Origin: Microcystis aeruginosa NIES-2549 | GTDB taxonomy: Bacteria > Cyanobacteriota > Cyanobacteriia > Cyanobacteriales > Microcystaceae | Length of the DNA stretch: 32,000 nucleotides | Direction of reading: 5' to 3' | Assembly: GCF_000981785.2 (NCBI RefSeq) | Contig: NZ_CP011304.1 | Coordinates: 2,130,001 to 2,162,000, forward strand | Part shown: positions 9,316-20,100 of the stretch, in pieces | Position numbering within the stretch: position 1 is the first letter of the stretch | Layout: every line of letters starts with the position of its first letter | Program-made: the position numbers and the translations under genes | The notes under the pieces: model-generated | Database searches by the model: none | Told to the model about the DNA's origin: nothing | Seen by the model: only the letters and a program-made list of their open reading frames with translations

Positions 9316-9885
9316 TTAACTTTTAAACTGATTGGGATCGACACCGATCACTCCTTCACCGTCCGCATCTTGTAGGTTAGCACCATCTAAGCGAGCATTA
9401 GTGAGATTGGCCTTCTCTAAGTCAGCTTTTTGGAGATTGGCGTTGGTTAAGTTTGCCCCTTGCAGGTTGGCTTTTTCTAAATCTGCACCTAAGAGATTGG
9501 CCCCGCTTAAATCGGCCCCCGCTAGGAGAGTTTTGCCGAGGTCGGCTCCCCCGAGATCAGTCCCTTTGAGGTTAGCACCCTGTAGGTTTGTTCTTTCTAG
9601 ATCCGCTTGGCTGAGGTTTGCTCCTTCTAAATTGGCCCAGGACAAGTTTAAATCTTTGAGGCTAATGCCGTTAAAGTCACAACCGACACAGGCGTTAGTT
9701 GCCTGTAGTTTTTGCAGATTATCCCCAGCGGCAGCCGGCTCGATCAGAGTAATTTTTGCCGGTGCGCCGTCAGTGGTGGTAACGGCCCTAGCGATGGCAG
9801 GCTGGAAGCAAGAAAAAACTGTGAGTAGCAATAGACAGAAGGCTGTCAGTAGCGATCGAGTGAGGGGGCCTGTAATTGGTTTCAT
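9316..9885 (-). CDS. Pentapeptide-repeat protein with a Sec-type signal peptide (periplasmic or thylakoid-lumen type)
   Basis: Tandem A(D/N)LxX pentapeptides: ANLEGANLSQADLERTNLQGANLKGTDLGGADLGKTLLAGADLSGANLLGADLEKANLQGANLTNANLQKADLEKANLTNARLDGANLQDAD. I prefer the ATG at 9885 (MKPITGPLTRSLLTAFCLLLLTVFSCFQPAIARAV...) because AGGAG lies at 9900-9896, about 10 nt upstream. The ORF track extends the frame to 9957. Confidence 0.85.
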   Translation of the reverse strand: MKPITGPLTRSLLTAFCLLLLTVFSCFQPAIARAVTTTDGAPAKITLIEPAAAGDNLQKLQATNACVGCDFNGISLKDLNLSWANLEGANLSQADLERTNLQGANLKGTDLGGADLGKTLLAGADLSGANLLGADLEKANLQGANLTNANLQKADLEKANLTNARLDGANLQDADGEGVIGVDPNQFKS

Positions 9886-10130
9886 CGTTTTTGATCTCCT
9901 TGAGTGATCTTTTTCAGTCTCTCTTTTCACTCTAGGCAATGGCTTTAATAAAAACAAATATTCTTTGTTTTCAAATCCATAAATTCCCTTTATGCAAAGC
10001 TGGGAAACTCCCTCGCCCTTTCATCACTTTTGTTTATTAAAACAACAATTAAGAATATTTGCTTTTATCTTTATCCCTTACCTAAGATAATAGTGTCCAG
10101 CCAAAATCCTAGTTAAGGAGAGGAAGAACC

Positions 10131-10736
10131 ATGACTCTATCTCAGCCTAGACCAACTAACCTCGATCGCCAGATAAAAATTAATGCTAAGAGCGATATTA
10201 GCCCAAAGAAAGCCTATAAAAGTCAAAATAGTTCAAATTTGACCTTCGGGCAAAAACTCGCCGATGCGATGGCGGCAAAAGTGGGTTCTTGGGGGTTTCT
10301 CATCGGTCAGACCATCGTACTGACGGGATGGGTAGGGGCCAATACTATCCCCGGAATGCCCCACTGGGATCAATCCCCCTTTATCCTGTTAAATCTAGTT
10401 TTTTCCTTTGCCTCGGCCTACACTGCACCTGTGGTGTTAATGAGCCAAAACCGACAATCGGACGAGGATAGGGAACAGGCAGCCCAAAATCATCTAGTCA
10501 ATCTACGCACTGCGGAAAGCATCGAATTACTGCACCGCAAACTAGACGAGTTACAAGCAAGAATCTCGATCGCCGACAGTACATCTTTACTAAGTCAACC
10601 AGAAAATAAAACCGCCGCCACCATAATACCCCTCGTTCATTTCGATGGCAGTGTGGTCACAAATCTTGCGATCGATCCCAAGGTCAAAAACTTGACCTTG
10701 GATTTATACCGACAGCAGAATGACAAAGAACCGTAG
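10131..10736 (+). CDS. DUF1003-family membrane protein
   Basis: 201 aa with the core GSWGFLIGQTIVLTGWVGANT...WDQSPFILLNLVFSFASAYTAPVVLMSQNRQSDEDR, typical of DUF1003. AAGGAGAGG lies upstream of the ATG. Confidence 0.8.
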   Translation: MTLSQPRPTNLDRQIKINAKSDISPKKAYKSQNSSNLTFGQKLADAMAAKVGSWGFLIGQTIVLTGWVGANTIPGMPHWDQSPFILLNLVFSFASAYTAPVVLMSQNRQSDEDREQAAQNHLVNLRTAESIELLHRKLDELQARISIADSTSLLSQPENKTAATIIPLVHFDGSVVTNLAIDPKVKNLTLDLYRQQNDKEP

Positions 10737-10784
10737 AAGGATTAATCTGTCTCGACACAGTGATAGGAGTGAAAATATAATTAT

Positions 10785-11480
10785 ATGTCCCCTCAAATTC
10801 TCGATATCGCTGAAAATCTCTCTCTAACCACTTGCGGCACTATTCTCACCCTGGCAGTCTTAGAAACCATTCTATCGGCCGATAATGCCGTCGCCCTGGC
10901 CGCTTTAGTGCGAGAACTTCCCGACCCCAGACAACAACGCCAGGCTTTAAACTGGGGATTAGCGGCGGCATTTGTGTTAAGAGTTGCCATGTTAGTGAGT
11001 GCCAGTTGGACAGTTAAATTCTGGCAGGTGGAGGTACTGGGTGCTATTTATCTGCTCTGGTTAGCGGGTAAGCATTTTTGGCAGAAATTTTTGAATATAG
11101 AAATAGAAGACCAAAATTTTGCCACTAATCTCGCCATAGAATCTTTTGGCCGTGTTATTGTTCTGATTGCTTTTACGGATCTGGCTTTTTCCCTCGATAG
11201 TGTCACCACAGCGATCGCCCTAACCGATCGATTCTGGATTCTCCTGACTGGTGGTATTTTGGGAATGTTAGCCCTACGATTTTTGACCGGTTTATTTGTC
11301 AGGTGGTTGGCTGAGTTTGTTTACCTACAAGATGCGGCCTATCTGACGGTTTTAGCGGTAGGGGGAAGACTGTTATTAAAAGCTTGTCAACCCACCTATT
11401 TACCGCCAGAGTGGATGGTATTGATGATGGTGGCGATCTCGTTAAGTTGGGGCTTTTCTAAGCGTGTTGTGGTGGAATAG
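10785..11480 (+). CDS. TerC-family integral membrane protein
   Basis: 231 aa with multiple TM helices, the motif LETILSADNAVALAALV and a second half-repeat FSLDSVTTAIALT, both characteristic of the TerC family. It lies 48 nt downstream of the DUF1003 gene, so the two may form an operon. Confidence 0.8.
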   Translation: MSPQILDIAENLSLTTCGTILTLAVLETILSADNAVALAALVRELPDPRQQRQALNWGLAAAFVLRVAMLVSASWTVKFWQVEVLGAIYLLWLAGKHFWQKFLNIEIEDQNFATNLAIESFGRVIVLIAFTDLAFSLDSVTTAIALTDRFWILLTGGILGMLALRFLTGLFVRWLAEFVYLQDAAYLTVLAVGGRLLLKACQPTYLPPEWMVLMMVAISLSWGFSKRVVVE

Positions 11481-11606
11481 TTCTGGCAGCAAGGGATTTT
11501 CTCAATTTTTTAGGAGCGTGTCAACCGTTATACTCCGGGAGGATGGGCGACTGTGACATAATTTGGGACTAGGTACGGTAAGAGTCGCTAGTGAACCCCG
11601 TTAGCC

Positions 11607-11858
11607 TTGGAGACTTCCTTGCTAGACACCATTTCCACCCTATCCCCAAAACTAACAGCGATCGAAACCACGGGAAATCCTCTCCCGAAAGTTGCCAGTT
11701 GTTCCTCCACCTGTCGTTACTGTCGGTTTTATAAGTTTCAGGGGAGAGGAAACGGCTATTGTCAACGCTTGGGAGTCCCTGTCCACAGTCATTGGCGCGC
11801 CTGTCCTTTGATTTGTCCACCTTTCGCCCCTTCCTGGGAAAGGCTGGAAAATGGGTAA
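11607..11858 (+). CDS. Small Cys-rich hypothetical protein (83 codons from a TTG start; the true start is uncertain)
   Basis: The C-terminal half, CSSTCRYCRFYKFQGRGNGYCQRLGVPVHSHWRACPLICPPF, has six Cys in a CxxxCxxC...C...CxxxC arrangement. It resembles a small conserved cyanobacterial ORF I recall only vaguely. A plus-strand intrinsic terminator follows at 11906-11940. There is no ATG in the frame. A competing minus-strand ORF (11569-11820) looks random. Confidence 0.45.
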   Translation: METSLLDTISTLSPKLTAIETTGNPLPKVASCSSTCRYCRFYKFQGRGNGYCQRLGVPVHSHWRACPLICPPFAPSWERLENG

Positions 11859-11905
11859 TTCTAAGTAGTTATCTGGATTTTACCGCCTGTATCGAGCAAT
11901 TTTCT

Positions 11906-11940
11906 CCCCATCCCGATGCGCCCGAGGATGGGGTTTTAAT
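11906..11940 (+). terminator. Intrinsic terminator between convergent genes
   Basis: CCCCATCC (11906-11913), a 12-nt loop, GGATGGGG (11926-11933), then TTTTAAT. It sits in the 77-nt gap between the small Cys-rich ORF (+) and the DUF202 gene (-). Confidence 0.5.
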
Positions 11941-12334
11941 CGAAACCGATGCTTTCCACTCCACCGTTATCGGGACTGGTGGCGACAAAATAGAGAATTC
12001 CTGACCCGAGACAAGCGATCGCTATACTAAAGCAAATAATCCAGACTCGAGCAGGTTCGTAGCTATTACTATCGATCGCTCGCCGGATGAGAAAATACCG
12101 GCGCGTGGCGATGACAACGGTTAATAATCCCACCATAGCGAAGACAAAACCCAACAACCACCCCAATCCTAGGGCGGTAGAAGATGCCGTCCGTAAACGC
12201 AAAATGACCAGACCAAAACCCATCAAAGCGATGGAGGCGCGCATCCAAGACAGATAGGTGCGTTCGTTGGCCGAATGATCTCGCCAGTAATCGGGGTCAA
12301 ATTTCTGCTTTGTCTTTCGGGATTTAAACAGCAT
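11936..12334 (-). CDS. DUF202 (YidH-like) small membrane protein
   Basis: The motif ANERTYLSWMRASIALMGFGLVILR plus two further TM helices fits DUF202. I prefer the ATG at 12334 (MLFKSRKTKQ...) because GAGGA lies 7-8 nt upstream. The track ORF begins at 12370. Confidence 0.75.
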   Translation of the reverse strand: MLFKSRKTKQKFDPDYWRDHSANERTYLSWMRASIALMGFGLVILRLRTASSTALGLGWLLGFVFAMVGLLTVVIATRRYFLIRRAIDSNSYEPARVWIICFSIAIACLGSGILYFVATSPDNGGVESIGFD

Positions 12335-12405
12335 ATAGGAGTTCCTCGCAGTCAAGTTCAATAAAATCAAGTATTCTTTCTTATGGTTTTAATAAATTGT
12401 TTTTA

Positions 12406-13212
12406 TCATCTAGTTTTTCGCTTATCTTTAACCAATTCAAGGGACTTAAGCAGATTATCATCCATAAATAGGGGGAGTTTACCGTCCCATTTTTCGATCG
12501 CTTTGTTCTGTAAAACTTCTGGACTTAAGGAATCTTGGAGAATGCGATGAGCTTCCGCCTCTCCTTGAGCCAGATTGATTTTCACTTCCGATTCTTTCAG
12601 AGCTTTCAGCACCATAAAACCGGCTTTTTTGGCCTCCTGTTCGGCAATTTGTTTGGCTTCCACCGCATCGGTAAAGCGATCGGAAAAATTGACATGAACC
12701 AAAGAAATATCATCGACACCGATATGATAATTTTTCAGTCTTTCGCTCAAACGAATATCCACTTCCCCTTTCACCTCCTCCCGTTTAGTAATTAATTCTT
12801 CGGCGGTATATTTAGCCATAACTGCCTTGAGAATTTCCTCCACTGCTGGATCGATCACTCGTTCAATGACAGCCGTTTCATCGCCAATTTGTTGAAAAAT
12901 AGTATTAACTTCTGATGCTAAAATATGCCAATTCAGTGCCACATCTGTGAATACTTCCTGTAGGTCTTTGGAGGAAGCTTCGGCCGCTATCTGTTGTTTT
13001 TGAATTCTCACACTTAGTTTTTTTACCGTGTTAACAACCGGAATAATCCCGTGAATGCCCTCATTAAGTATTTTCTCCTGTACTTGACCAAAAACCATTA
13101 AAACCCCTCTTTCTCCCGCATTGACAATCACAAAAGGATTAAAAATAATCGCCAAAATTAATAACAAAAAAAAGAGATTACTTGGTCTAGCTAAAAGGCG
13201 AATTTTGAGCAT
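12406..13212 (-). CDS. SPFH/band-7 (prohibitin/HflC-like) membrane protein
   Basis: 268 aa. It has an N-terminal TM anchor (LFFLLLILAIIFNPFVIV), GERGVLMVFGQV, a band-7 core (DLQEVFTDVALNWHI, ITKREEV) and an Ala/Glu-rich coiled coil (EAKQIAEQEAKKA...AQGEAEAHRI). Confidence 0.85.
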   Translation of the reverse strand: MLKIRLLARPSNLFFLLLILAIIFNPFVIVNAGERGVLMVFGQVQEKILNEGIHGIIPVVNTVKKLSVRIQKQQIAAEASSKDLQEVFTDVALNWHILASEVNTIFQQIGDETAVIERVIDPAVEEILKAVMAKYTAEELITKREEVKGEVDIRLSERLKNYHIGVDDISLVHVNFSDRFTDAVEAKQIAEQEAKKAGFMVLKALKESEVKINLAQGEAEAHRILQDSLSPEVLQNKAIEKWDGKLPLFMDDNLLKSLELVKDKRKTR

Positions 13213-13745
13213 TTTAATTGATAATAAAGATAGTTTATTGGATGGGATTACAAATCAATAAAATGGCTAATTTTATCTATTTTAATAATTTTAGCAACTA
13301 GAAATAAAGGTAAATTTTGTCCTATATTATTTAGATAAAGTCAGATTTAGTCTCGTTATTTTTCGTTTTGGCTGGGGAAAGTTCTGGAAATGATTGTGTA
13401 TTTATAGTTATCATATTCGCCAATTAAATGTTTTAGTAATCATGAATTAAAACGAGCATCTCGTTAGTTGTTGACCCAAAAAGCATTTATTTATCTAAGA
13501 AAGCGATCGAGATTATCCAGAAACAATTATCACAAAATTTACCTTGTCTTAAATGGTACATTCTCATTCCACCAGTCTAGCTGGTACTTTCTTTTATAGC
13601 AATTACCTTAACACAATCTAGTTTCGGCATAAAAGATATTTTGTATAAAGGATATCTCGATAAATTGACTCGCAGAAATGGCTATGGTAGAACCCTAAAT
13701 ACAGTAAACGGATAAGCCTACTGTACCCATTCCATCCCCTAATGA

Positions 13746-14099
<354 letters not shown>

Positions 14100-14140
14100 T
14101 GGAATGGGCCTTATCCCCCTCCGTTTAACCCGAACTGGGG

Positions 14141-17100
14141 TTAAGCAATAAAATTAAACGCCAAAATCCCATCATTAAAATCGTTATCGCTGATATTGGG
14201 TAAGTTCCCCGGTAAATCCTCAAAGCCAAAGATATTATTCCCCCTTGACCGTAAATGTTCCGCCCCATCGGGATTTGCCGAGCCAAAGGAGAAATAGGCC
14301 ACCTCATGACTCATATAGTTTTCTAGGGTAGCCGCCACATTATCGGGATTCTTGGTCAAAAATGCCTGAATACTCCCTTGCAGACTTTCTCCCAGATTGC
14401 CCCCATTGGCAATCACAAAGGGTGCGTAGCGTCGCCCTCCTTCCAACAACACATCCCCTTCGTTAAATTCAGCGGCGGTGGTGCTTTGGTTTGCCCCTTC
14501 TCCACTGGCCCGCAAAATGAAGTTATTCACTGCTTGACTTAAGGCACTACGCGCATAACCCGCTTGACCGGGTTGAATTAACTCTGTCACGTTGCCATCT
14601 CCATCTAAATCGAGGCTGTCAAAAACGGCTCCGTTGTCATCCGCCACTGGATAGAGACCGACAACGTTATTGAAGAAGGCTCCCGTCTGTTGGAGTCCCT
14701 CCTCAATGGCTGTCACCTGTATGCTACTGGGCAAGTTACTGAAGTTGAAAACCAGAGAACCCTGTCCATTGCCCGTATTTTTAAATTCAAGGGCCTGGGG
14801 ATTAACGTCTTGGTCGGGTAGATTGGTAATTTCTAGGGTGAAATTAACCGTTGCGTCTGGCGTGGCATTGGGAGCCGGGTTGAGGGTGGTATCCGTTACC
14901 GCCACCGTCAGATTATAGAGGGATTGGGCTTCAAAATCAGCCTTACCGATGAAGAATAATTCCCGGCCACGAATCTGGAAACTGCTCTGATCACTGCCCA
15001 ACAAAGAAAGGCTATTGGTCCCCAAGGCATCATCGCTGATCTGAATATCGGCAACTTTGACACCTTGACTGGTATCGGTATTTTCAGCGATCGTATTGGT
15101 GCTATTAGCAAGAATTAGGGCTGTGGGAGCTTCGTTGACATCGGTGATGTTTAAAGTTAAGGTTTGGGTGAGATCGGGGGTGACACCAACGGTTGTATCA
15201 TCGACATTGACGGTGACTTCGTAACTGTTTTGAGCTTCAAAATTAGGAGTAAAACCGACATAGAAAAGAGCCGAATTCTGAATTAAGAAGCGCTCCCTAT
15301 CCCGTCCCGTGAGGAAGAGATTATTGGTTCCTAAACCATCATCTTCAATCAGGAGATCGGCGACTTTAAATTCTGGTGTGACATCGACATTTTCAGCTAA
15401 CTCGGTGACAGCATTTTGGAAAATTAGGGCTGTGGGAGCTTGATTACCGGGAGTTTCATTAACATCATTGACAGTAATTGTCAAGGTTTTCTCAAAACTT
15501 AGTCCCCCTTGATCGGTGGTTTTTACCCGAATACTGTAACTATTCTTGGTTTCAAAATCGGGGGAATTATTAATCTGTAATTGATTCCCTACAATCGAGA
15601 AGGCAGTATTATCTGTATCTCCTGTTCCTGCTATTAAACTATAGGTAAAGTTATTACCAGTATCGGGGTCTGTGCTAGAAAATGTTCCAATTACTGTGTT
15701 AACAGGGACATTTTCATTTACTGTAGTGGCACTTAATGCTAAATTTGTTGGAGCTTGATTACCGGGAGTTTCATTAACATCATTGACAGTAATTGTCAAG
15801 GTTTTCTCAAAACTTAGTCCCCCTTGGTCTGTGGTTTTTACCCGAATACTGTAACTATTTTGGGTTTCAAAATCGGGGGAATTATTAATCTGTAATTGAT
15901 TCCCTACAATCGAGAAGGCAGTATTATCTGTATCTCCTGTTCCTGCTATCAAACTATAGGTAAAGTTATTACCAGTATCGGGGTCTGTGCTAGAAAATGT
16001 TCCAATTACTGTGTTAACAGGAACATTTTCATCTACTGTAGTGGCACTTAATGCTAAATCCGTCGGAGCTTGATTACTAGGATTTTCATTAACATCATTG
16101 ACAGTAATTGTCAAGGTTTTCTCAAAACTTAGTCCCCCTTGGTCGGTGGTTTTTACCCGAATACTGTAACTATTCTTGGTTTCAAAATCGGGGGAATTAT
16201 TAATCTGTAATTGATTCCCTACAATCGAGAAGGCAGTATTATCTGTATCTCCTGTTCCTGCTATCAAACTATAGGTAAAGTTATTACCAGTATCGGGGTC
16301 TGTGCTAGAAAATGTTCCAATTACTGTGTTAACAGGAACATTTTCATCTACTGTAGTGGCACTTAATGCTAAATCCGTCGGAGCTTGATTACTAGGATTT
16401 TCATTAACATCATTGACAGTAATTGTCAAGGTTTTCTCAAAACTTAGTCCCCCTTGGTCTGTGGTTTTTACCCGAATACTGTAACTATTCTTGGTTTCAA
16501 AATCGGGGGAATTATTAATCTGTAATTGATTCCCTACAATCGAGAAGGCAGTATTATCTGTGTCTCCTGTTCCTGTAACTAAACTATAGGTAAAGGTATT
16601 GCCAGTATCGGGGTCTGTACTGGAAAATGTTCCAATTACTGTATTAACAGGAACATTTTCATTTACTGTGGTCGCACTTAATGCTAAATTTGTTGGAGCT
16701 TGATTACTAGGATTTTCATTAACATCATTGACAATAAAGTCCAGTGCCACCAGGCCATTAACCACTTCATCGCCATCGAAGAGTCCACCATCTTGGAACT
16801 GCATACGATATAAATCGTTCAAACCATTCCCGTCAACATCTTGCGCTTGGCTGATTCCGTTAACTTCTGCGGAGGGAATGTTCACATAGCTATCCGTGGC
16901 GGGATTCCAAATCAGAGGCACCACCAGACCATCTAAATCCAGATCCAAGGTGGCTATCCCCTCTGTACTATTGGTCGTGGTGATGTCAAACAGAACGGAA
17001 TTCCCCTCTGTTCCCGTAATGCTTTTCCAGCGTCGGATCTGCTCATTCCCGGTGGCGATCGCCGCTTGCCAGGCATCGGGTACTAGGTTTGGATCGCTGC

Positions 17101-20100
17101 TTTCCCCTTCTAGGGTAACCGCTAACCCAAATTTGCGAGTGCCAACGTATTCACTATTATCGGGAATGGGTACGGTAACGGTGAGGGTGGTTTCCCCGGG
17201 GGCAAATACTGCCTGGCCTGCAACAGGCGTATAGCGATCGCCAGCCTTGGCATCCCCATCCTGGGTCAAGTAACCTACCCAGACGTATTTGTCTAAATCC
17301 CCTGTGCGTTGGATGGTAAATTCTACCTTTCCATCGGCTTCATTGCCTTTAGAATTAGACACGAATAGGCGAGTCGAGGCATTAGGATTACTGGCAGTAG
17401 GACTAAATACCGAACTAGCAAAACTTCGAGCCGTGCTATCACCTGATTCATCGACACTATAGGATGTCATGGTTTCTGCACTAACAGAGGCTACTTCTAA
17501 AGTCGAGTTAGGTGTGGGGATGTTTGTTTTGGAAGCATTTGTCTTGACGGTGATAACATTAGTTGTACCTGTTTGCACAATGCGATTAAGTAAAACCGTG
17601 GCGGCGGAGGTATTGGAGGTATATTGATCGAACTTCTGATTATATTGATAGACTGTACCGTTCAGACTAAAATCGCTACTGAGATTAAGGGTGTCATCGG
17701 CATCCATTACCACCGTGACAGTGTTGTTATCAGAAAGTTGCGTGACGGTTAGAGAATTGAGGGTAAGGGTATTTGCACCATAATTTTCGGTGACTAAAAT
17801 CTCAAAATTGCGTAAACGACTACCGGGGGAAAGAGTGGTTAAATCCCAATCTTGCCCGTTATAACCCTCAAATCTTAAAACGTTTGTACCAGTACCACCA
17901 TCTAAACGAAGGAAATAGGTATCATTGACAGTAACAAAATCATCTCCGGGTCCGGCGTAAACTACGTCAATACCGCCGTTAGTATAAATTTGATCATCTC
18001 CTTCCCCGGCTAGGAAACTTTCACCCGTTGCCGTGCCAATCATGATATCATCGCCGACCGTACCAGTTTGATTTACAGTGTCATTAAAGTCACTACCAAA
18101 GATTGTGTAGGTCAGATTATCGCTATCCCCCGGCGCACCGATGATAAAGTCGCTAAAGCCATCGCCATTTACGTCCCCACCACCACTCAGGGAAATTCCG
18201 GCTTGAGAACCAGGTAAACCGGTAATTACAAAGCCGCTGGTATTCGAGTTACCCGTAGAAGCATTAGATTGATTATTACTTAAGCTGTTTAAATCAAAGG
18301 GTGACGTGGCTGGATAAGTGCTACCCCACACAGATTCCCCGCCACCAAAGACGACAAAGGCTGTACCATCGGTCGTGTTACTGCTATCCAGGGCCGTATT
18401 GGGGGAGCCAATAATTAGGTCATCGTAGCCGTCGCCGTTAATATCTCCCGTTGGTGCCACTTGGGTTAATAGCAACGCTTGATTATTAGCCACATTGGTG
18501 GAGCTATTGGGAGCCGGGGTCGCCAGCACCACATCAGGGGTGGAACTGCTACTCAAGCCGCTGGTGGAGCCGTAGAAAATTAACACTGCTCCTTGGTTAT
18601 TTTCCAGCAGGTTATTATTCCAACTGCCGAGATTCGAGAAAAAGCCAGGAGCTAGGACGGCAAAATCCGCAATACCATCGCCGTTAAAATCACCGATATT
18701 TTGCAGTTGCTCACCGAATTGTTGAGTCTGATTCGGTTCGTAAATGGGATTGGAAGTAGCGATACCAATACGCGTTGTACCCGTTGTTTCATAACCGACC
18801 AAGATACTCTCTTGGAAAAAGACGGGGGAAGGACGATCGTTGGTGGTTTGGTTTGGAATGTTATTGAGGGTACTGCTCCAGGTGCTACCCCCATCGGTAG
18901 AGGTCAAATATGGAATTTCGTTATTGCCGTTGCTGGAAGTAAAGAAAAGGTAAAGCGTATCTCCCACCGACAAAAGACTGGGACCCGATGACGATGTCTG
19001 ACCTGAAACCTGGTTACTGCTCCAGGAGGTTCCGTTGTAGGTGGCGACATTTACATCTTCATTGCCGTTACCGACAAAGCTCACCAATAAATTATCCCCA
19101 TCCACCGCCACTCCCAGGCGATTGTCAGTTTCTTGAGCATTGCCAGAGCTATTGGTGACCGTGCCATTGCTCGACCAAGTGCTTCCATCGCTAGAAGTGG
19201 TATAGAGAATCGTTTTGGTACTATTATTGGCGACAAAAAAGAGGTAAAGATCCTCGTCATAAACAGCTAGGGTAGGGCCAATGCCAGTAGGAGCGGTATT
19301 GCCGCCAGCGTTGATGGAATTAGTGCTATCAAAGGTTAAGCCTAAATCGCTACTACTGTCAGTCGTTGCTGGGGTAACAATGACCTGGTTATCTGTGGCG
19401 GTGAAAGCAAGGTAAAGTGTGTTATTAAAAACCGCTAGAGAAGCTTGGGTATCACTTTCAAAATTACTCCCTAAGCTGGTCAGCCCTTCCCAGTTATAAC
19501 CATCTGCACTTCTTTGAATATAGAAGTTAGTAGTATAAGCACCAGTGGTAGAGTTGGTAATTTCGGTAGTGTTATAGACCATATATAAATAGCCGTTAAA
19601 CACCGCAAAGGAAGGGGAAAATAGAGGAGTTTCGTCAAGACTATTGAAGCCCCAGTCACTATTATTTAATGTTCCTGAAATTGCAGCATTAGGAGGCGTG
19701 ATATTGGTGCTGTTGCTAGTAGCGGAACCAGCAGAAATATTACCTGAATAAACCGTCGCCTGTCCATTCCCAGTGGCATTAGGACTGATCACATTCCCAT
19801 TGGGTTCACCGCCGCCAATATCGCCAAAACCATCGCCATTCACATCACCGATGCCATTAAAGACGGTATTACTGTTAGCGCTAAAGGTGACAGAACTATT
19901 CAGAGTGCCGCTGCTGTTACCTGTGTAAAGTTTCTGCCCACCATTAGAGGATGACAATAACAAATCATCATAGCCATCGCCGTTGTAGTCTCCCACCGCG
20001 ACAGCAGAGGTTATGCCAGTTTGGGAAATATTGGCACTGGTACTCAAAGTCAGAGTTTGTTGGGGGCCTAGGTTGGTATTACCTAAAATCAGATAGAAAT

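Noticed and set aside
9332-9907. 191-aa plus-strand ORF antisense to the pentapeptide-repeat gene
   Set aside because: Its translation (repeating ...SAP.RLAP.KSA...) is the mirror image of the sense-strand A(D/N)LxX repeats. It is low-complexity and has no start context. This is a classic artefact of repeat-encoding DNA.
11569-12004. Minus-strand 83-aa ORF (11569-11820) and plus-strand 81-aa ORF (11759-12004)
   Set aside because: The minus-strand ORF competes with the Cys-rich plus-strand frame and looks random. The 11759-12004 ORF runs through the terminator hairpin and into the DUF202 gene on the opposite strand.
10289-12795. Small ORFs nested in DUF1003 (10289-10471), TerC (10793-10990, antisense) and SPFH (12535-12795, antisense)
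   Set aside because: All are embedded in longer ORFs with recognisable family motifs, and none has features of its own.
14125-14144. Hairpin TTAACCC-gaactg-GGGTTAA overlapping the giant gene's stop codon, as a possible terminator
   Set aside because: It has only a 7-bp AT-containing stem, and no U-run follows it on the minus-strand transcript. The evidence is too weak to call.
15435-16694. Could the regular repeats be a CRISPR array?
   Set aside because: The units are 315 bp long, contiguous, without spacers, in-frame and protein-coding as cadherin-like modules. No cas genes are present. The heptamer arrays at 7566-7607 and 8772-8810 are simple tandem repeats, not repeat-spacer arrays.
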